A stretch of DNA of 64,000 bases from Prevotellaceae bacterium UBA1720 (GTDB taxonomy: Bacteria > Bacteroidota > Bacteroidia > Bacteroidales > Bacteroidaceae), in assembly GCA_002317475.1 (NCBI GenBank), contig DCIS01000122.1, positions 7,881 through 71,880 on the forward strand. The letters run 5' to 3'. Both the position numbers and the translations under genes were made by a program. Below are positions 18,803 through 30,000 of the stretch, in pieces. Positions within the stretch are counted from its first letter, which is position 1. Each line of letters begins with the position of its first letter. A model generated the notes under the pieces. The model made no database searches. It saw only the letters and a program-made list of their open reading frames with translations, and was not told where the DNA came from.

Positions 18803-20521
18803 ATGAGAATAAAAATGTTGAATAGAAGAACCGTTTTGCTGCTGATGATGATGCTACTCACGCTGACAACAAACATCATAGCACAGCCCTCTTTCAGTGG
18901 TTACCCAATAGCAGAGGAAAGTGCCTGGTGCTGGTTTGCCGATCCTCGTGCCACTCATTATGAAAATGCAGCAGGCACCATCAATATGTCTTACATCGGC
19001 TACATAGATGTACATGGCAACATCAAAGCCACGCAATACAACTTCCTGACGGGTGAAAAACATGATGTGCTGGTGCGCAGTTATTTTCAGCCCGATGACC
19101 ACAACAATCCAACGTTTCTTGTCTTGCCCGACGAGCGCGTACTGATCATCTATAGTCGACATACTGACGAGCCTGCCTTCTACTACCGTATCTCTCAAGC
19201 ACCAGGTGATATCACCCGACTTGGTGAGGAGCATTGCTTGAAGACGCAGAACAACACCACCTATCCTTCACCCTTCCTGATGGGCGATGACCCCACGCAT
19301 TGGTATCTCTGCTGGCGAGGCATCTCGTGGCATCCCACCATTGCACGCCTCACCCTGCCTGACGAGCAGGACAATGTACGCTTTGACTGGGGACCCTATC
19401 AGATGGTACAGAGTACCGGTGCCCGTCCATACGCCAAATATTACAGCAACGGAAAGGACAAGTTGTACATGACCTACACTACGGGACACCCTGACAACGA
19501 GCAACCCAATTGGCTCTATTTCAACGTTATCAACATCAACAAGGGAGGCGAACCAACGCTCTCGGATATTAAGGGCAACCAACTCTCCACCATCAAGAAC
19601 GGACCTTTCCGTGTGAGTAAGAGCGAGGAGTACAAGCAGACTTACCCCTTGAGTATTGTGGATGCCCCCAAGGACCTTCGCGACTGGGTATGGCAGATTG
19701 CCTTGGACAAGGAAGATCACCCCTGCATAGCCATGGTAAAAATCAATGGTGGCAAGAACCAGCACGAATATTACTATGCCAAATGGACAGGCGAGGGATG
19801 GCGACTCACGGACCTGGCTGATGGTGGAGGCAAGTTCCACATGAGCAATACCGAGCACTGCTACAGTGGTGGCGAAGCACTTGACCCTCAGAATCCTAAT
19901 ATCATCTACCTCTCCATCCCTACAGACGGCATGAACGGTCGTGTGTATGAGATATGGAAGTACACCCTCAATAACAACGGGCAGATTATCAACAAAGAGC
20001 AGATAACGAAGAACAGTTACAAGAATAATGTTCGCCCCTATGTGCTTCCCAACAGTCAAGGTTCTCCTCTTCGCCTCTGCTGGATGAATGGCGAGTACCA
20101 GTACTGGTTAGTACGCAAGGGTTACCCCATGGGATACCCAACAAGGGTGATGGGAGATTATCAACTACAGCCCAGGGGGAGTAAGAAGGGTTGGACGTAC
20201 AGCGTAACCATTAAAATGGACACCGAGCATTACGAGGGCGAACTCATCAAGTTGTCCAAGTATTGCTCTATCCATCTGGATGCCAGTACGCTAAAGCCTT
20301 ACGTTCTGCTCAATGGAAAGCGTTATGACAGTACCAATCAGTTGCTTTCCAGTGACAATTGGGCAAACAACAGTACGGGTACGACCAGCGACAACTGGCC
20401 CACAAAGCTTCAGCAATGGCAACTCACCCTACGCCAAGAAGGCTCATGTTTGTGGATACTGCGCGATGGCTTTGTTGACCAAGTCATTCCTTTGAAGAAG
20501 AAACTGAAAATCAAAAAGTAA
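18803..20521 (+). CDS. secreted beta-propeller protein, probably BNR-4 repeat family
   Basis: Signal peptide, then AWCWFADPRA and DDHNNPTFLVLPDERVLIIYSRH motifs that I associate with BNR_4 proteins. An alternative ATG exists at 18815. Confidence 0.55.
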   Translation: MRIKMLNRRTVLLLMMMLLTLTTNIIAQPSFSGYPIAEESAWCWFADPRATHYENAAGTINMSYIGYIDVHGNIKATQYNFLTGEKHDVLVRSYFQPDDHNNPTFLVLPDERVLIIYSRHTDEPAFYYRISQAPGDITRLGEEHCLKTQNNTTYPSPFLMGDDPTHWYLCWRGISWHPTIARLTLPDEQDNVRFDWGPYQMVQSTGARPYAKYYSNGKDKLYMTYTTGHPDNEQPNWLYFNVININKGGEPTLSDIKGNQLSTIKNGPFRVSKSEEYKQTYPLSIVDAPKDLRDWVWQIALDKEDHPCIAMVKINGGKNQHEYYYAKWTGEGWRLTDLADGGGKFHMSNTEHCYSGGEALDPQNPNIIYLSIPTDGMNGRVYEIWKYTLNNNGQIINKEQITKNSYKNNVRPYVLPNSQGSPLRLCWMNGEYQYWLVRKGYPMGYPTRVMGDYQLQPRGSKKGWTYSVTIKMDTEHYEGELIKLSKYCSIHLDASTLKPYVLLNGKRYDSTNQLLSSDNWANNSTGTTSDNWPTKLQQWQLTLRQEGSCLWILRDGFVDQVIPLKKKLKIKK

Positions 20522-20523
20522 GT

Positions 20524-22560
20524 ATGATTGTTTGTATTGCCGAGAAACCTTCCGTAGCCAAGGATATTGCCCACGTTTTGGGGGCAAACAGTCAACATGA
20601 CGGATACATGGAAGGTAACGGATACCAAGTAACATGGACCTTTGGCCACTTGTGTGAGTTGAAGGAGCCTCACGAATATTATCCCCAATGGAAACAATGG
20701 AGTCTGGCTCAACTGCCCATGATTCCACCACGCTTTGGCATCAAGCTGAAGAATGACAAGGGTATAGAGAAACAGTTTGCCACCATCCAACGCTTGATGC
20801 AGGCTGCTGATGGTATCATCAACTGCGGTGATGCCGGACAGGAAGGAGAACTTATCCAACGCTGGGTAATGCAAAAAGCTGGTGCGAAGTGTCCCGTGAA
20901 GCGTCTGTGGATATCCTCTCTGACCGAGGAAGCCATTCGTGAAGGTTTTCAGAACCTCAAGGATCAGATTGAGTATCAGAGTCTTTACGAGGCTGGACTC
21001 TCACGTGCTATTGGTGACTGGACCCTGGGCATGAACGCCACACGCCTCTATACCTTGAAATACAGACAAGGACAAGGGCAAGTACTCTCCATTGGTCGTG
21101 TACAGACCCCAACCCTGGCACTGATTGTACGTCGACAACAGGAAATCGAGAACTTCGTACCTCGTCAGTCGTGGTTGCTCTCCACCCTCTATCGTGATGT
21201 CAAATTCTCTGCTATCATGCGTGATGAGGATGCTGAGGCTGAGGAGGCAAGCGAGATAGCCGAAGCTGCCAAGCAAGGCAAGACAATCAAGTCTAAAGGT
21301 CCAATTTACAAGCTGTTGGAATATGCCACAGAGCAAGAGGGAAAGGATACACTTGAGACCATTAAGGACAACCCCTTTACCGTTCTATCCGTTACGAAGA
21401 AGAAAGGCACCGAGACACCTCCACGCCTCTATGACCTGACCAGTTTGCAGGTAGATTGCAACAGAAAGTATGGTTTTAGTGCAGACACAACGCTCAACCT
21501 CATCCAGAGTCTTTACGAGAAGAAGTTCACCACCTACCCCCGTGTGGACACCACGTTCCTTCCTGATGATGTCTATCCCAAATGTCCGCAGATCATGAAC
21601 GGACTGTATGTCACCAAGCAGGCTGGAGTGCCCCTCTATGCCGACTTGGTACGTCCCTTAGGTGGCAAGGCTTTGAAAAAGAGCAAGAAAATCTTCGACA
21701 ACACCAAGGTAACGGACCACCATGCCATCATCCCCACTGGTGTAGCCCCACAGAACCTCACCGACATGGAGTGGCAGGTATTCGACCTCGTGGCTCGTGC
21801 CTTCATCGCTGCCTTCTATCCCGATTGCCTGTTTGAGATTACCACAGTGATTGGCGAGGTGGAGAAGAAGGACGGTAAAACTGAAACCACAGACACACAG
21901 TCCGCCACACCCGGAAAGGTACTGTTCCGTGTGAATGGACGTGTCATCACAGACGAAGGCTGGAAGGTGGTATTCAAGAAGAAAGAGACCACACAGAACG
22001 CTCAGTCCACCCCTGAGAATGAGGATGATAATGCCACTCAGGAGAAGGATGGTGTGCTTCCTGTGTTCGTCAAAGGCGAGTCTGGTCCACATATCCCCTC
22101 TCTCAACGACAAATGGACGACTCCACCCAAGCCCTACACCGAGGCAACCCTGCTACGTGCTATGGAGACGGCAGGACGCTTTGTGGATGATGAAGAACTG
22201 CGTGATGCCATGAAGGAGAATGGCATTGGTCGTCCCTCCACGCGTGCTGCCATTATCGAGACACTGTTCCGTCGTCATTACATACGTCGTGAACGCAAAT
22301 CGATCTGTGCCACACCAACAGGCGTCGAACTGATTGGTCTCATTCGTGAGGAATTATTGAAAAGCGCCGAACTGACGGGCATCTGGGAGAAAAAACTACG
22401 CCAGATTGAGAGTCGCCAATATGATGCTCGCACATTCATCGACGAACTCAAGCAGATGGTCTCGGACATTGTCATTCAAGTTTTGAGCGACAACTCCAAC
22501 CGTCGTGTGCCAACAGAACCAGAAGAGACTAAGGAGAAGGGTAAAAAGAAGAAAGGTTAA
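20524..22560 (+). CDS. topB: DNA topoisomerase III
   Basis: Toprim N-terminus MIVCIAEKPSVAKDIA, GYQVTWTFGHL, and the active-site region TYPRVDT; 678 aa. Confidence 0.9.
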   Translation: MIVCIAEKPSVAKDIAHVLGANSQHDGYMEGNGYQVTWTFGHLCELKEPHEYYPQWKQWSLAQLPMIPPRFGIKLKNDKGIEKQFATIQRLMQAADGIINCGDAGQEGELIQRWVMQKAGAKCPVKRLWISSLTEEAIREGFQNLKDQIEYQSLYEAGLSRAIGDWTLGMNATRLYTLKYRQGQGQVLSIGRVQTPTLALIVRRQQEIENFVPRQSWLLSTLYRDVKFSAIMRDEDAEAEEASEIAEAAKQGKTIKSKGPIYKLLEYATEQEGKDTLETIKDNPFTVLSVTKKKGTETPPRLYDLTSLQVDCNRKYGFSADTTLNLIQSLYEKKFTTYPRVDTTFLPDDVYPKCPQIMNGLYVTKQAGVPLYADLVRPLGGKALKKSKKIFDNTKVTDHHAIIPTGVAPQNLTDMEWQVFDLVARAFIAAFYPDCLFEITTVIGEVEKKDGKTETTDTQSATPGKVLFRVNGRVITDEGWKVVFKKKETTQNAQSTPENEDDNATQEKDGVLPVFVKGESGPHIPSLNDKWTTPPKPYTEATLLRAMETAGRFVDDEELRDAMKENGIGRPSTRAAIIETLFRRHYIRRERKSICATPTGVELIGLIREELLKSAELTGIWEKKLRQIESRQYDARTFIDELKQMVSDIVIQVLSDNSNRRVPTEPEETKEKGKKKKG

Positions 22561-22634
22561 TCTCAAAACCAAGAAAAAAGGACGTTCATAACAGTCAAGA
22601 CAATAAAATTGAGGTTCGCGCGTTTTATTAAGGT

Positions 22635-24674
22635 ATGAAAAAAAGTATTCTATATATAGTATTTGGCCTTTTTTGCCTCAACATGCTCCTTTCAGGGTGT
22701 GGGGCAGACCAGAATGTAAAAAAGGGTGATGCCTTCTTTGCCATAGGTGAGTACTTTGATGCCAGCGCCGAATACAAGAAGGCTTTCTCGCGCACCCCGA
22801 CAAAGGAAAAAGAGAAACGTGGCGAACGTGCCTGGAAATTGGCAGAATGCTATCGTCATATCAACTATACTGCTAAGGCTGTCGGAGCCTACCAGAATGC
22901 CGTTCGCTATCACTACCCTGACAGTTCTGCCGTCTTCTATCTGGCACAGATGCAACACAAGCAAGGAGAGTACAAGTCTGCCATCAAGAACTACCAACTA
23001 TTCCTGGACTCCGTTCCCGATCATGAACTGGCAAAAAATGGTTTACGGGGTGCGCAGATGGCAACAGAGTGGAAAGATAATCCCACAATGTACACGGTCA
23101 AGAAGATGGCACTATTCAATGGCAGACGTGCCGACTTCTCTCCCACCCTATACGGTGATGATTGGGACGAGATTGTCTTCACCACCAACAGAAACCAGGT
23201 CACAGGCGATGAGGAGAGTGGTATCACAGGCACCAAGAGTGGCGATTTCTGGCACTCGAAGAAAGACGAAAACGGCAACTGGACACAGCCCGAAACTCTG
23301 GAAGGTGACATCAATTCCGAATACGACGAGGGAGCAAGTTGCCTTTCCCCTGACGGCAAGACAATGTACTTCACCCGCTGTTCGTACGACCCTGATTATC
23401 CACGTTATGCCGAGATATTCACTAGTCAGCGTAGCGATGCTTCCTGGAGCAAGCCACAGCGACTCGAGATTACACGTGATACACTCTCGCTCTACGCCCA
23501 TCCCGCCGTTTCACCTGATGGGAAGTGGCTATACTTCGTGAGCAATATGGAAGGTGGTATGGGTGGACTGGACATCTGGCGTATTGCCATTGGTGATCAC
23601 GGTCTTGGTGGTGTTGAGAACCTTGGTGCTCCCATCAACAGTGCGGGTGATGAGATGTTCCCAACCTTCCGTCCCAACGGCGATTTGTATTTCTCCAGCA
23701 ATGGTCATCCTGGTATGGGTGGACTTGACCTTTTCTGTGCCAAACCCGATCAGGATTCGGCTCACGTGTGGCGTAGGATTGAGAACCTGAAGTATCCCAT
23801 GAACAGTAGTGGCGATGATTTCGGTATGACCTTTGAAGGTGTCTACAACCGTGGTTTCTTCAGTTCCAACCGTGGTGATAGCCGTGGCTGGGATCACATC
23901 TACAGTTTCGAATGTCCTGAAATCGTACAGACCATCAAAGGTTGGGTGTACGAGAAGGATGGCTATGAACTGCCTGAGGGTTTAGTATATATGGTGGGTA
24001 ACGACGGTACAAACCTGAAATTGAGCGTCAAGGGTGACGGTTCGTTTACCCAGGTAGTCAAACCAGGTGTAGACTACATCCTATTGGGTACCTGCAAGGG
24101 CTACCTCAACCACAAAGAGGAAGTCCATATCGATACGACTTTGGTTAGCGAAGAGGTGATACTGCAATTCCCCTTGCCAAGCCTCTCGGCCCCTGTTCTG
24201 GTGCGCAATGTATTCTATGCCTTTGATAGTGCAGAGGTACTGGAGACGAGTACCACAGCCCTCGACTCACTGGTGGACCTCCTCAACGAGAACCCAAATA
24301 TCACCATCGAACTCTCCAGTCATTGTGACTATCGTGGACGTGATGAGTACAACCTAAGCCTCAGTCAACGCCGAGCAGAGAGCGTGGTGAAATACCTCAT
24401 CGCTCATGGTATCCCACAAGATCGCCTCACCCCCGTAGGCTATGGTGAGTCTCGCCCCAAGTTGGTGACACGCAAGATGGCCGAGCAGAACGCTTTCCTA
24501 CACGAGGGTGACACGCTTACCGAGGCATTCATCCTGAAGATTGAAGACAAAGACAAGCAGGAGATATGCAATGCCTATAATCGTCGTACCGAGTTCCGTG
24601 TACTACGAACCACTTATGGCATGGACCTCCCCGACTCTATGAACACCCAACTGGAAGCAACAAAAGAAGAATAA
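22635..24674 (+). CDS. OmpA family protein with TPR and TolB-like beta-propeller repeats
   Basis: Lipoprotein-type signal peptide, a TPR segment, repeated SPDGK..YF.S motifs, and a C-terminal OmpA domain (NVFYAFDSAEV...NLSLSQRRAESVVKYL). Confidence 0.85.
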   Translation: MKKSILYIVFGLFCLNMLLSGCGADQNVKKGDAFFAIGEYFDASAEYKKAFSRTPTKEKEKRGERAWKLAECYRHINYTAKAVGAYQNAVRYHYPDSSAVFYLAQMQHKQGEYKSAIKNYQLFLDSVPDHELAKNGLRGAQMATEWKDNPTMYTVKKMALFNGRRADFSPTLYGDDWDEIVFTTNRNQVTGDEESGITGTKSGDFWHSKKDENGNWTQPETLEGDINSEYDEGASCLSPDGKTMYFTRCSYDPDYPRYAEIFTSQRSDASWSKPQRLEITRDTLSLYAHPAVSPDGKWLYFVSNMEGGMGGLDIWRIAIGDHGLGGVENLGAPINSAGDEMFPTFRPNGDLYFSSNGHPGMGGLDLFCAKPDQDSAHVWRRIENLKYPMNSSGDDFGMTFEGVYNRGFFSSNRGDSRGWDHIYSFECPEIVQTIKGWVYEKDGYELPEGLVYMVGNDGTNLKLSVKGDGSFTQVVKPGVDYILLGTCKGYLNHKEEVHIDTTLVSEEVILQFPLPSLSAPVLVRNVFYAFDSAEVLETSTTALDSLVDLLNENPNITIELSSHCDYRGRDEYNLSLSQRRAESVVKYLIAHGIPQDRLTPVGYGESRPKLVTRKMAEQNAFLHEGDTLTEAFILKIEDKDKQEICNAYNRRTEFRVLRTTYGMDLPDSMNTQLEATKEE

Positions 24675-24680
24675 GAAAAA

Positions 24681-24709
24681 TGAATAATGGGGTCTGACCC
24701 CGTTATTCA
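24681..24709. repeat. 29-bp palindromic element, copy 1
   Basis: TGAATAATGGGGTCTGACCCCGTTATTCA lies 7 nt after the ompA-family stop. It is the exact reverse complement of the copy at 26400-26428. Confidence 0.9.
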
Positions 24710-24748
24710 CAAACAATAGCCCTTTACCCCATAAAACTCCATTCAAAC

Positions 24749-25546
24749 ATGAAACAATATCAAGACCTACTGCGCCGCATATTAGACGAAGGCACCTTGA
24801 AGGGTGACCGTACTGGAACTGGTACCCTCAGTATCTTTGGTCATCAGATGCGATTCAATCTACAAGAAGGTTTCCCCTTGCTCACTACAAAGAAGGTACA
24901 CCTCAAGAGTATCATCTACGAATTGCTATGGTTCCTACAAGGCAACACGAATGCCAAGTGGTTGCAGGAACGCGGCGTGCGTATCTGGAATGAATGGGCT
25001 GACCCAGAAACAGGAGACTTGGGTCATATCTATGGTTATCAATGGCGCTCGTGGCCTACTTACGATGGAGGTTTCATTGACCAGATACAGCAAGCTGTTG
25101 ATACCATCAAGAAGGACCCCAACTGTCGTCGTATCATCGTAAGTGCCTGGAATGTGGCAGACATTGACAATATGAACCTGCCTCCCTGCCATGCTTTCTT
25201 TCAGTTCTATGTGGCAAATGGCAAACTCTCCCTACAGCTCTATCAGCGTAGTGCCGACACCTTCCTGGGCGTGCCTTTCAACATTGCATCCTATGCCCTC
25301 CTGTGCATGATGATGGCTCAGGTTTGCGGTCTGGAACCCGGAGAATTCATCCATACTACGGGTGACACTCACATCTATACGAACCACATGGAACAGGTTC
25401 AGCTGCAACTCACCCGCGAGCCTCGTCCCCTGCCTAAGATGATTCTCAATCCTGAGGTAAAGAGCATCTTCGACTTCAAATACGAGGACTTCACTTTGGT
25501 TGACTATGATCCCTATCCCGCTATCAAAGGTGTAGTGAGTGTATAA
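24749..25546 (+). CDS. thyA: thymidylate synthase
   Basis: [22 protein letters not shown]...PPCH motif; 265 aa. Confidence 0.97.
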   Translation: MKQYQDLLRRILDEGTLKGDRTGTGTLSIFGHQMRFNLQEGFPLLTTKKVHLKSIIYELLWFLQGNTNAKWLQERGVRIWNEWADPETGDLGHIYGYQWRSWPTYDGGFIDQIQQAVDTIKKDPNCRRIIVSAWNVADIDNMNLPPCHAFFQFYVANGKLSLQLYQRSADTFLGVPFNIASYALLCMMMAQVCGLEPGEFIHTTGDTHIYTNHMEQVQLQLTREPRPLPKMILNPEVKSIFDFKYEDFTLVDYDPYPAIKGVVSV

Positions 25547-26827
25547 ATGGAACTTCCTGTTGATTTCTGCCAACTGATACGCCAGCAATACGGTGATGAA
25601 ACTGCCGAGAAACTCTTTGAAGGTCTCTCGGAAGAACCTTCTGTGTCTATTCGCTTAAATCCATCGAAATTCAAGGAAAGCCTACCCACTAGCTTCTCTC
25701 TTGAGAAAGCGGAACTTGTTCCATGGTGTCCTGATGCTTACTACCTGAATGAGCGTCCCACCTTCACTTTCGACCCACTCTTCCATGCAGGTGTCTATTA
25801 TGTGCAGGAGGCAGGCAGTATGTATCTGGCAGAGATGTTACGCCAGTTCATGCCCAAGGACCACCCTCTCATAGCCCTTGATCTTTGTGCCGCTCCTGGT
25901 GGCAAGAGTACATTGTTGCGCTCCCTATTACCTGAAGGCAGTCTCTTGGTGAGCAATGAACCTATGCCTAAGCGTGCACAGGTACTGGCAGAGAATATCA
26001 CGAAGTGGGGACATCCCGCTTGTGTCGTGACACGCAATTATCCCGCAGATTTCTCTCCTTTCGTTGAACAGTTTGACCTGCTCGTGACCGATGTGCCTTG
26101 TAGTGGTGAAGGCATGTTTCGCAAGGACGAAGGTGCCATACGCGATTGGAGCCTTGAGAATGTCGAGACCTGTTGGCATCGTCAACGCGATATCCTCTCC
26201 GACATCTGGCCTACCCTACGTTCTGGTGGACTGCTTATCTATAGCACTTGTACCTTCAACCGTTTTGAGGACGAGGAGAATGTAGCGTGGATAGCGAAAG
26301 AGTTAGGTGCAGAGATTCTGGCAGACCGTCATTTCCTCCCCGGTCGTGACCGTGGCGAAGGTTTCTATATTGCGGCACTGAAGAAAAACGCCAAAGAAAT
26401 GAATAACGGGGTCAGACCCCATTATTCACCAACAGGGGTGGGAACATTCATTCGCAAGGAGACAAAGGACAGCGTGGTACTCTATCCTGAGGCACACGCT
26501 ACCCTAATGCAAAAGATGCAACGTAGTCTACATTGTCTGGTATGTGGTGTCGTAGAGAAGGAGAAGGGTGTGAAGGACTGGGTGCCTGCCCATGCCTACG
26601 CTATGAGTCTGGCTTATGAACGTGGCAGTTACCCCGAATACGAACTGACTTATGACAAGACCATTGCATACTTACGTCGTGAGGCTCTACGCATTGATGC
26701 GCCGAAGGGGTATGTATTGGTCACTTATCAGGGGGTACCACTTGGATTTGTCAAGAGTATCGGCAATCGTGCCAACAATCTCTACCCGCAGGAGTGGCGC
26801 ATCCGTACCACCCATATCCCAAACTAA
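25547..26827 (+). CDS. rRNA cytosine-C5 methyltransferase, RsmF/NOL1-NOP2-Sun family
   Basis: SAM-binding DLCAAPGGKST, catalytic DVPCSGEG and STCT motifs. The ATG immediately follows the thyA stop. Confidence 0.85.
   Translation: MELPVDFCQLIRQQYGDETAEKLFEGLSEEPSVSIRLNPSKFKESLPTSFSLEKAELVPWCPDAYYLNERPTFTFDPLFHAGVYYVQEAGSMYLAEMLRQFMPKDHPLIALDLCAAPGGKSTLLRSLLPEGSLLVSNEPMPKRAQVLAENITKWGHPACVVTRNYPADFSPFVEQFDLLVTDVPCSGEGMFRKDEGAIRDWSLENVETCWHRQRDILSDIWPTLRSGGLLIYSTCTFNRFEDEENVAWIAKELGAEILADRHFLPGRDRGEGFYIAALKKNAKEMNNGVRPHYSPTGVGTFIRKETKDSVVLYPEAHATLMQKMQRSLHCLVCGVVEKEKGVKDWVPAHAYAMSLAYERGSYPEYELTYDKTIAYLRREALRIDAPKGYVLVTYQGVPLGFVKSIGNRANNLYPQEWRIRTTHIPN
26400..26428. repeat. 29-bp palindromic element, copy 2, inside the rsmF-like CDS
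   Basis: TGAATAACGGGGTCAGACCCCATTATTCA is read in frame as (E)[10 protein letters not shown]. Confidence 0.9.
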
Positions 26828-26863
26828 TACCTGTGCCTGAAGAAAGAAGTATATAATATACGT

Positions 26864-26894
26864 AATTTGTTAGTTAGTTAGGTTAGTTAGTTAG
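26864..26894. repeat. TTAG-motif copy (F orientation, extended)
   Basis: AATTTGTTAGTTAGTTAGGTTAGTTAGTTAG lies 37 nt after the rsmF-like stop. Confidence 0.9.
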
Positions 26895-26936
26895 CAAGAG
26901 TACACCTCTTATCAGCGAACACTTCAATATAAAAGA

Positions 26937-26958
26937 CCCGAAGCATCTCTGCCTCGGG
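26937..26958. terminator. hairpin between the convergent rsmF-like and carB genes
   Basis: CCCGAAGCA-tctc-TGCCTCGGG forms a 9-bp stem with 1 mismatch. Flanks are T-rich on both strands. Confidence 0.45.
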
Positions 26959-26973
26959 CCTTTATATTATGGA

Positions 26974-27027
26974 TAGGTCTTTCCTAGGTTGTTCTAGGGA
27001 TTCCTAGGAGTTTCTAGGTTATCCTAG
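26974..27027. repeat. 10-bp phased CTAG array D
   Basis: (A/C)TAG cores at 26974, 984, 994, 27004, 014, 024. The array runs up to the carB stop codon (27030). Confidence 0.85.
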
Positions 27028-27029
27028 AC

Positions 27030-30000
27030 TTATGCATTATACTCCTGCCAAGACTTGATCTTGATATCCTCGAGCTTCATGGCACATACAGCCTCGATGA
27101 AGGCCTTAGCCAGACGTGCATTGGTCATCAAGGGAATGTTGTGGTCAATGGCATCACGACGAATGCGATAACCATTGGTCAACTCGCGCTTGGTCTGGTT
27201 CTTGGGGATGTTGATAATCAGGTCGAACTTATGTTCTGCAATCATGTCAATGACATTATTTGCCTGACCTTCCTCATCGGGCCATGCCACTACCTCGCAA
27301 TCCACGCCGTTGTCATTAAGGAACTTAGCAGTACCACCAGTTGCATAGATCGTGTAGCCGTTCTTCACCAACTGCTGAGCGGGCTCGAGCAACTGAACCT
27401 TTGCCTTAGCACCACCACTTGAGAGCAGGATGTTCTGCTTGGGCAACTTATAACCCGTAGCAATCAGTGAGTTAAGGATAGCCTCGTTCAGATCGTCACC
27501 CATACAACCCACCTCACCGGTAGAGCTCATGTCTACGCCCAATACAGGGTCGGCATTACTCAAACGATTGAATGAGAACTGACTGGCCTTCACACCAATA
27601 CGGTCAATATCAAACTCACTCTTCTCGGGACGGCTATAGGGAGCATCCAACATGATCTTCGTTGCCGTCTCAATGAAGTTGCGCTTCAATATCTTAGACA
27701 CGAATGGGAATGAACGAGAGGCACGGAGGTTACACTCGATCACCTTCACCTCACGGTTCTTTGCCAGGAACTGGATATTGAAAGGACCAGAGATGTTCAA
27801 CTCTGCTGCAATACGGCGAGCAATCTTCTTGATCTGACGAACGGTAGAGAAGTAGATGTTTTGTGCAGGGAAGACCATAGTAGCATCACCCGAGTGAACA
27901 CCAGCATACTCAACATGCTCAGAGATAGCGTACTCAACCACCTCACCCTTGTCGGCAACAGCGTCAAACTCAATCTCCTTGGTGTCCTGCATGAACTGGC
28001 TAACCACTACGGGGAACTCCTTGCTCACCTCAGTAGCCATACCCAGGAAGCGCTCCAACTGCTCATCATCGTAGCAGACATTCATGGCAGCACCAGAGAG
28101 CACGTATGAAGGACGAACCAGTACGGGATAACCTACCTTCTCAACGAACTCCTTGATATCATCCATTGAGGTCAAGGCACGCCAAGCGGGCTGATCAATA
28201 CCCAGTTTGTCAAGCATAGCAGAGAACTTGTCGCGGTTCTCGGCACGGTCGATATCAACAGGTGAGGTACCCAGTACAGGCACACCCTGACGATGCAACT
28301 TCATAGCCAGGTTGTTTGGAATCTGACCACCTACAGACACAATCACACCACGAGGCTGCTCCAGGTCGATGACATCGAGTACACGCTCCATGGAGAGTTC
28401 GTCAAAGTACAGACGGTCACACATATCGTAGTCAGTTGATACGGTCTCGGGGTTGTAGTTGATCATAATGGACTTGTAGCCCAACTTACGAGCGGTATTG
28501 ATAGCGTTTACTGAACACCAGTCAAACTCAACAGAAGAACCAATGCGGTAAGCACCAGAACCCAGTACGATGACCGACTTCTCATTCTTGTACCAGTCAA
28601 TGCTGTGAGCCTGAGGTTTCAGACAACGAGCCTTCCACTCCTCGGTGGTCAGGGTATCAGCATTAGTAGGCTCAACCTCACCCAGATAGGTAAAGTAAAG
28701 GTAGTTGGTCAACTCAGGATGCTCACCACCTACAGTCTCAATACGACGTACGGTAGGCAGAATGCCACGCTGTTTGCGCTCCTTACGAACCTCGAGGTTA
28801 GCCTTCTCCATGTTACCTTCGGGTTTCAGCACGAAACGAGCAATCTGGAAGTCAGAGAAACCAGCACCCTTCACTTCGCGCATCTTCTCGTCTGAGATCT
28901 CCTCAAGACTGTTGTAAGCCTGCAACTCGTGCTTCAGGTCTACAATGTGCTTCATACGACTGAGGAACCAAGGGTCAATCTTAGTCAGCTCCTCAATACG
29001 CTCGATGCTGTAACCTTCCTCCAGAGCCTGTGCAATAGCGAAGATACGAAGGTCAGTGGGGTTAGCCAACTCCTCGTCGAGGTTATCGAACTTGGTGTGA
29101 TCGTTACCCACGAAACCATGCATGCCCTGACCAATCATACGCAGACCCTTCTGCAGCATCTCCTCAAAGCTTCGACCAATACTCATGATCTCACCTACTG
29201 ACTTCATTGAAGAACCGATCAGACGGCTCACACCAGCGAACTTGGTGAGGTCCCAACGGGGAATCTTACAGATCATGTAGTCCAGAGAGGGAGCCACATA
29301 AGCACTATTGGGAGTGCCCATCTCGCCAATCTGGTCGAGGGTGTAGCCTAATGCGATCTTTGCTGCTACGAAGGCCAAGGGATAACCAGTTGCCTTTGAA
29401 GCCAAGGCAGATGAACGACTCAGACGAGCATTGATCTCGATGATACGGTAGTCGTTGGTCTGAGCGTTGAAAGCAAACTGAATGTTACACTCACCCACGA
29501 TGTTGAGGTGACGTACACAACGACGGCTGATATCCTGGAGGTACTCTACCTGCTCCTTGGTCAGAGACATGGTGGGAGCCACAACGATTGACTCACCAGT
29601 ATGAATACCCAGGGGGTCGAAGTTCTCCATTGAGGCAACGGTGAAGCAGTGGTCGTTGGCATCACGGATGCACTCGAACTCAATCTCCTTCCAGCCCTTC
29701 AATGACTCCTCAACGAGTACCTGAGGTGCAAAGGTAAAGGCACTCTCGGCAATCTCCTTGAACTTCTCCTCGGTAGGACAAACGCCTGAACCCAGACCAC
29801 CCAGTGCGTAAGCTGAACGGATCATGATGGGATAACCGATCTTACGAGCTGCTGCTACTGCATCCTCCATGTTCTCGCAAGCCTGTGACACGGGTACCTT
29901 GAGGTCCACCTTGTTCAGCTCCTTGACAAAGAGGTCACGGTCCTCGGTGTTCATGATAGCCTCGACGCTGGTACCCAGCACCTCAACACCGTACTCCTTC

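Noticed and set aside
20524-22560. Topoisomerase III as a marker of a conjugative transposon
   Set aside because: No tra, mob or integrase genes are nearby. The flanking genes are an OmpA-family protein, thyA and a secreted propeller protein, so this is most simply chromosomal topB.
26864-26894. TTAG motif as a Bacteroidetes -7 promoter box, because it contains TAATTTG
   Set aside because: The consensus is TA-nn-TTTG. In the motif TTTG is preceded by GTAA (GTAATTTG), so TA is one position out of register. Copy orientation is also inconsistent with downstream genes, and several copies point into the 3' ends of convergent genes.
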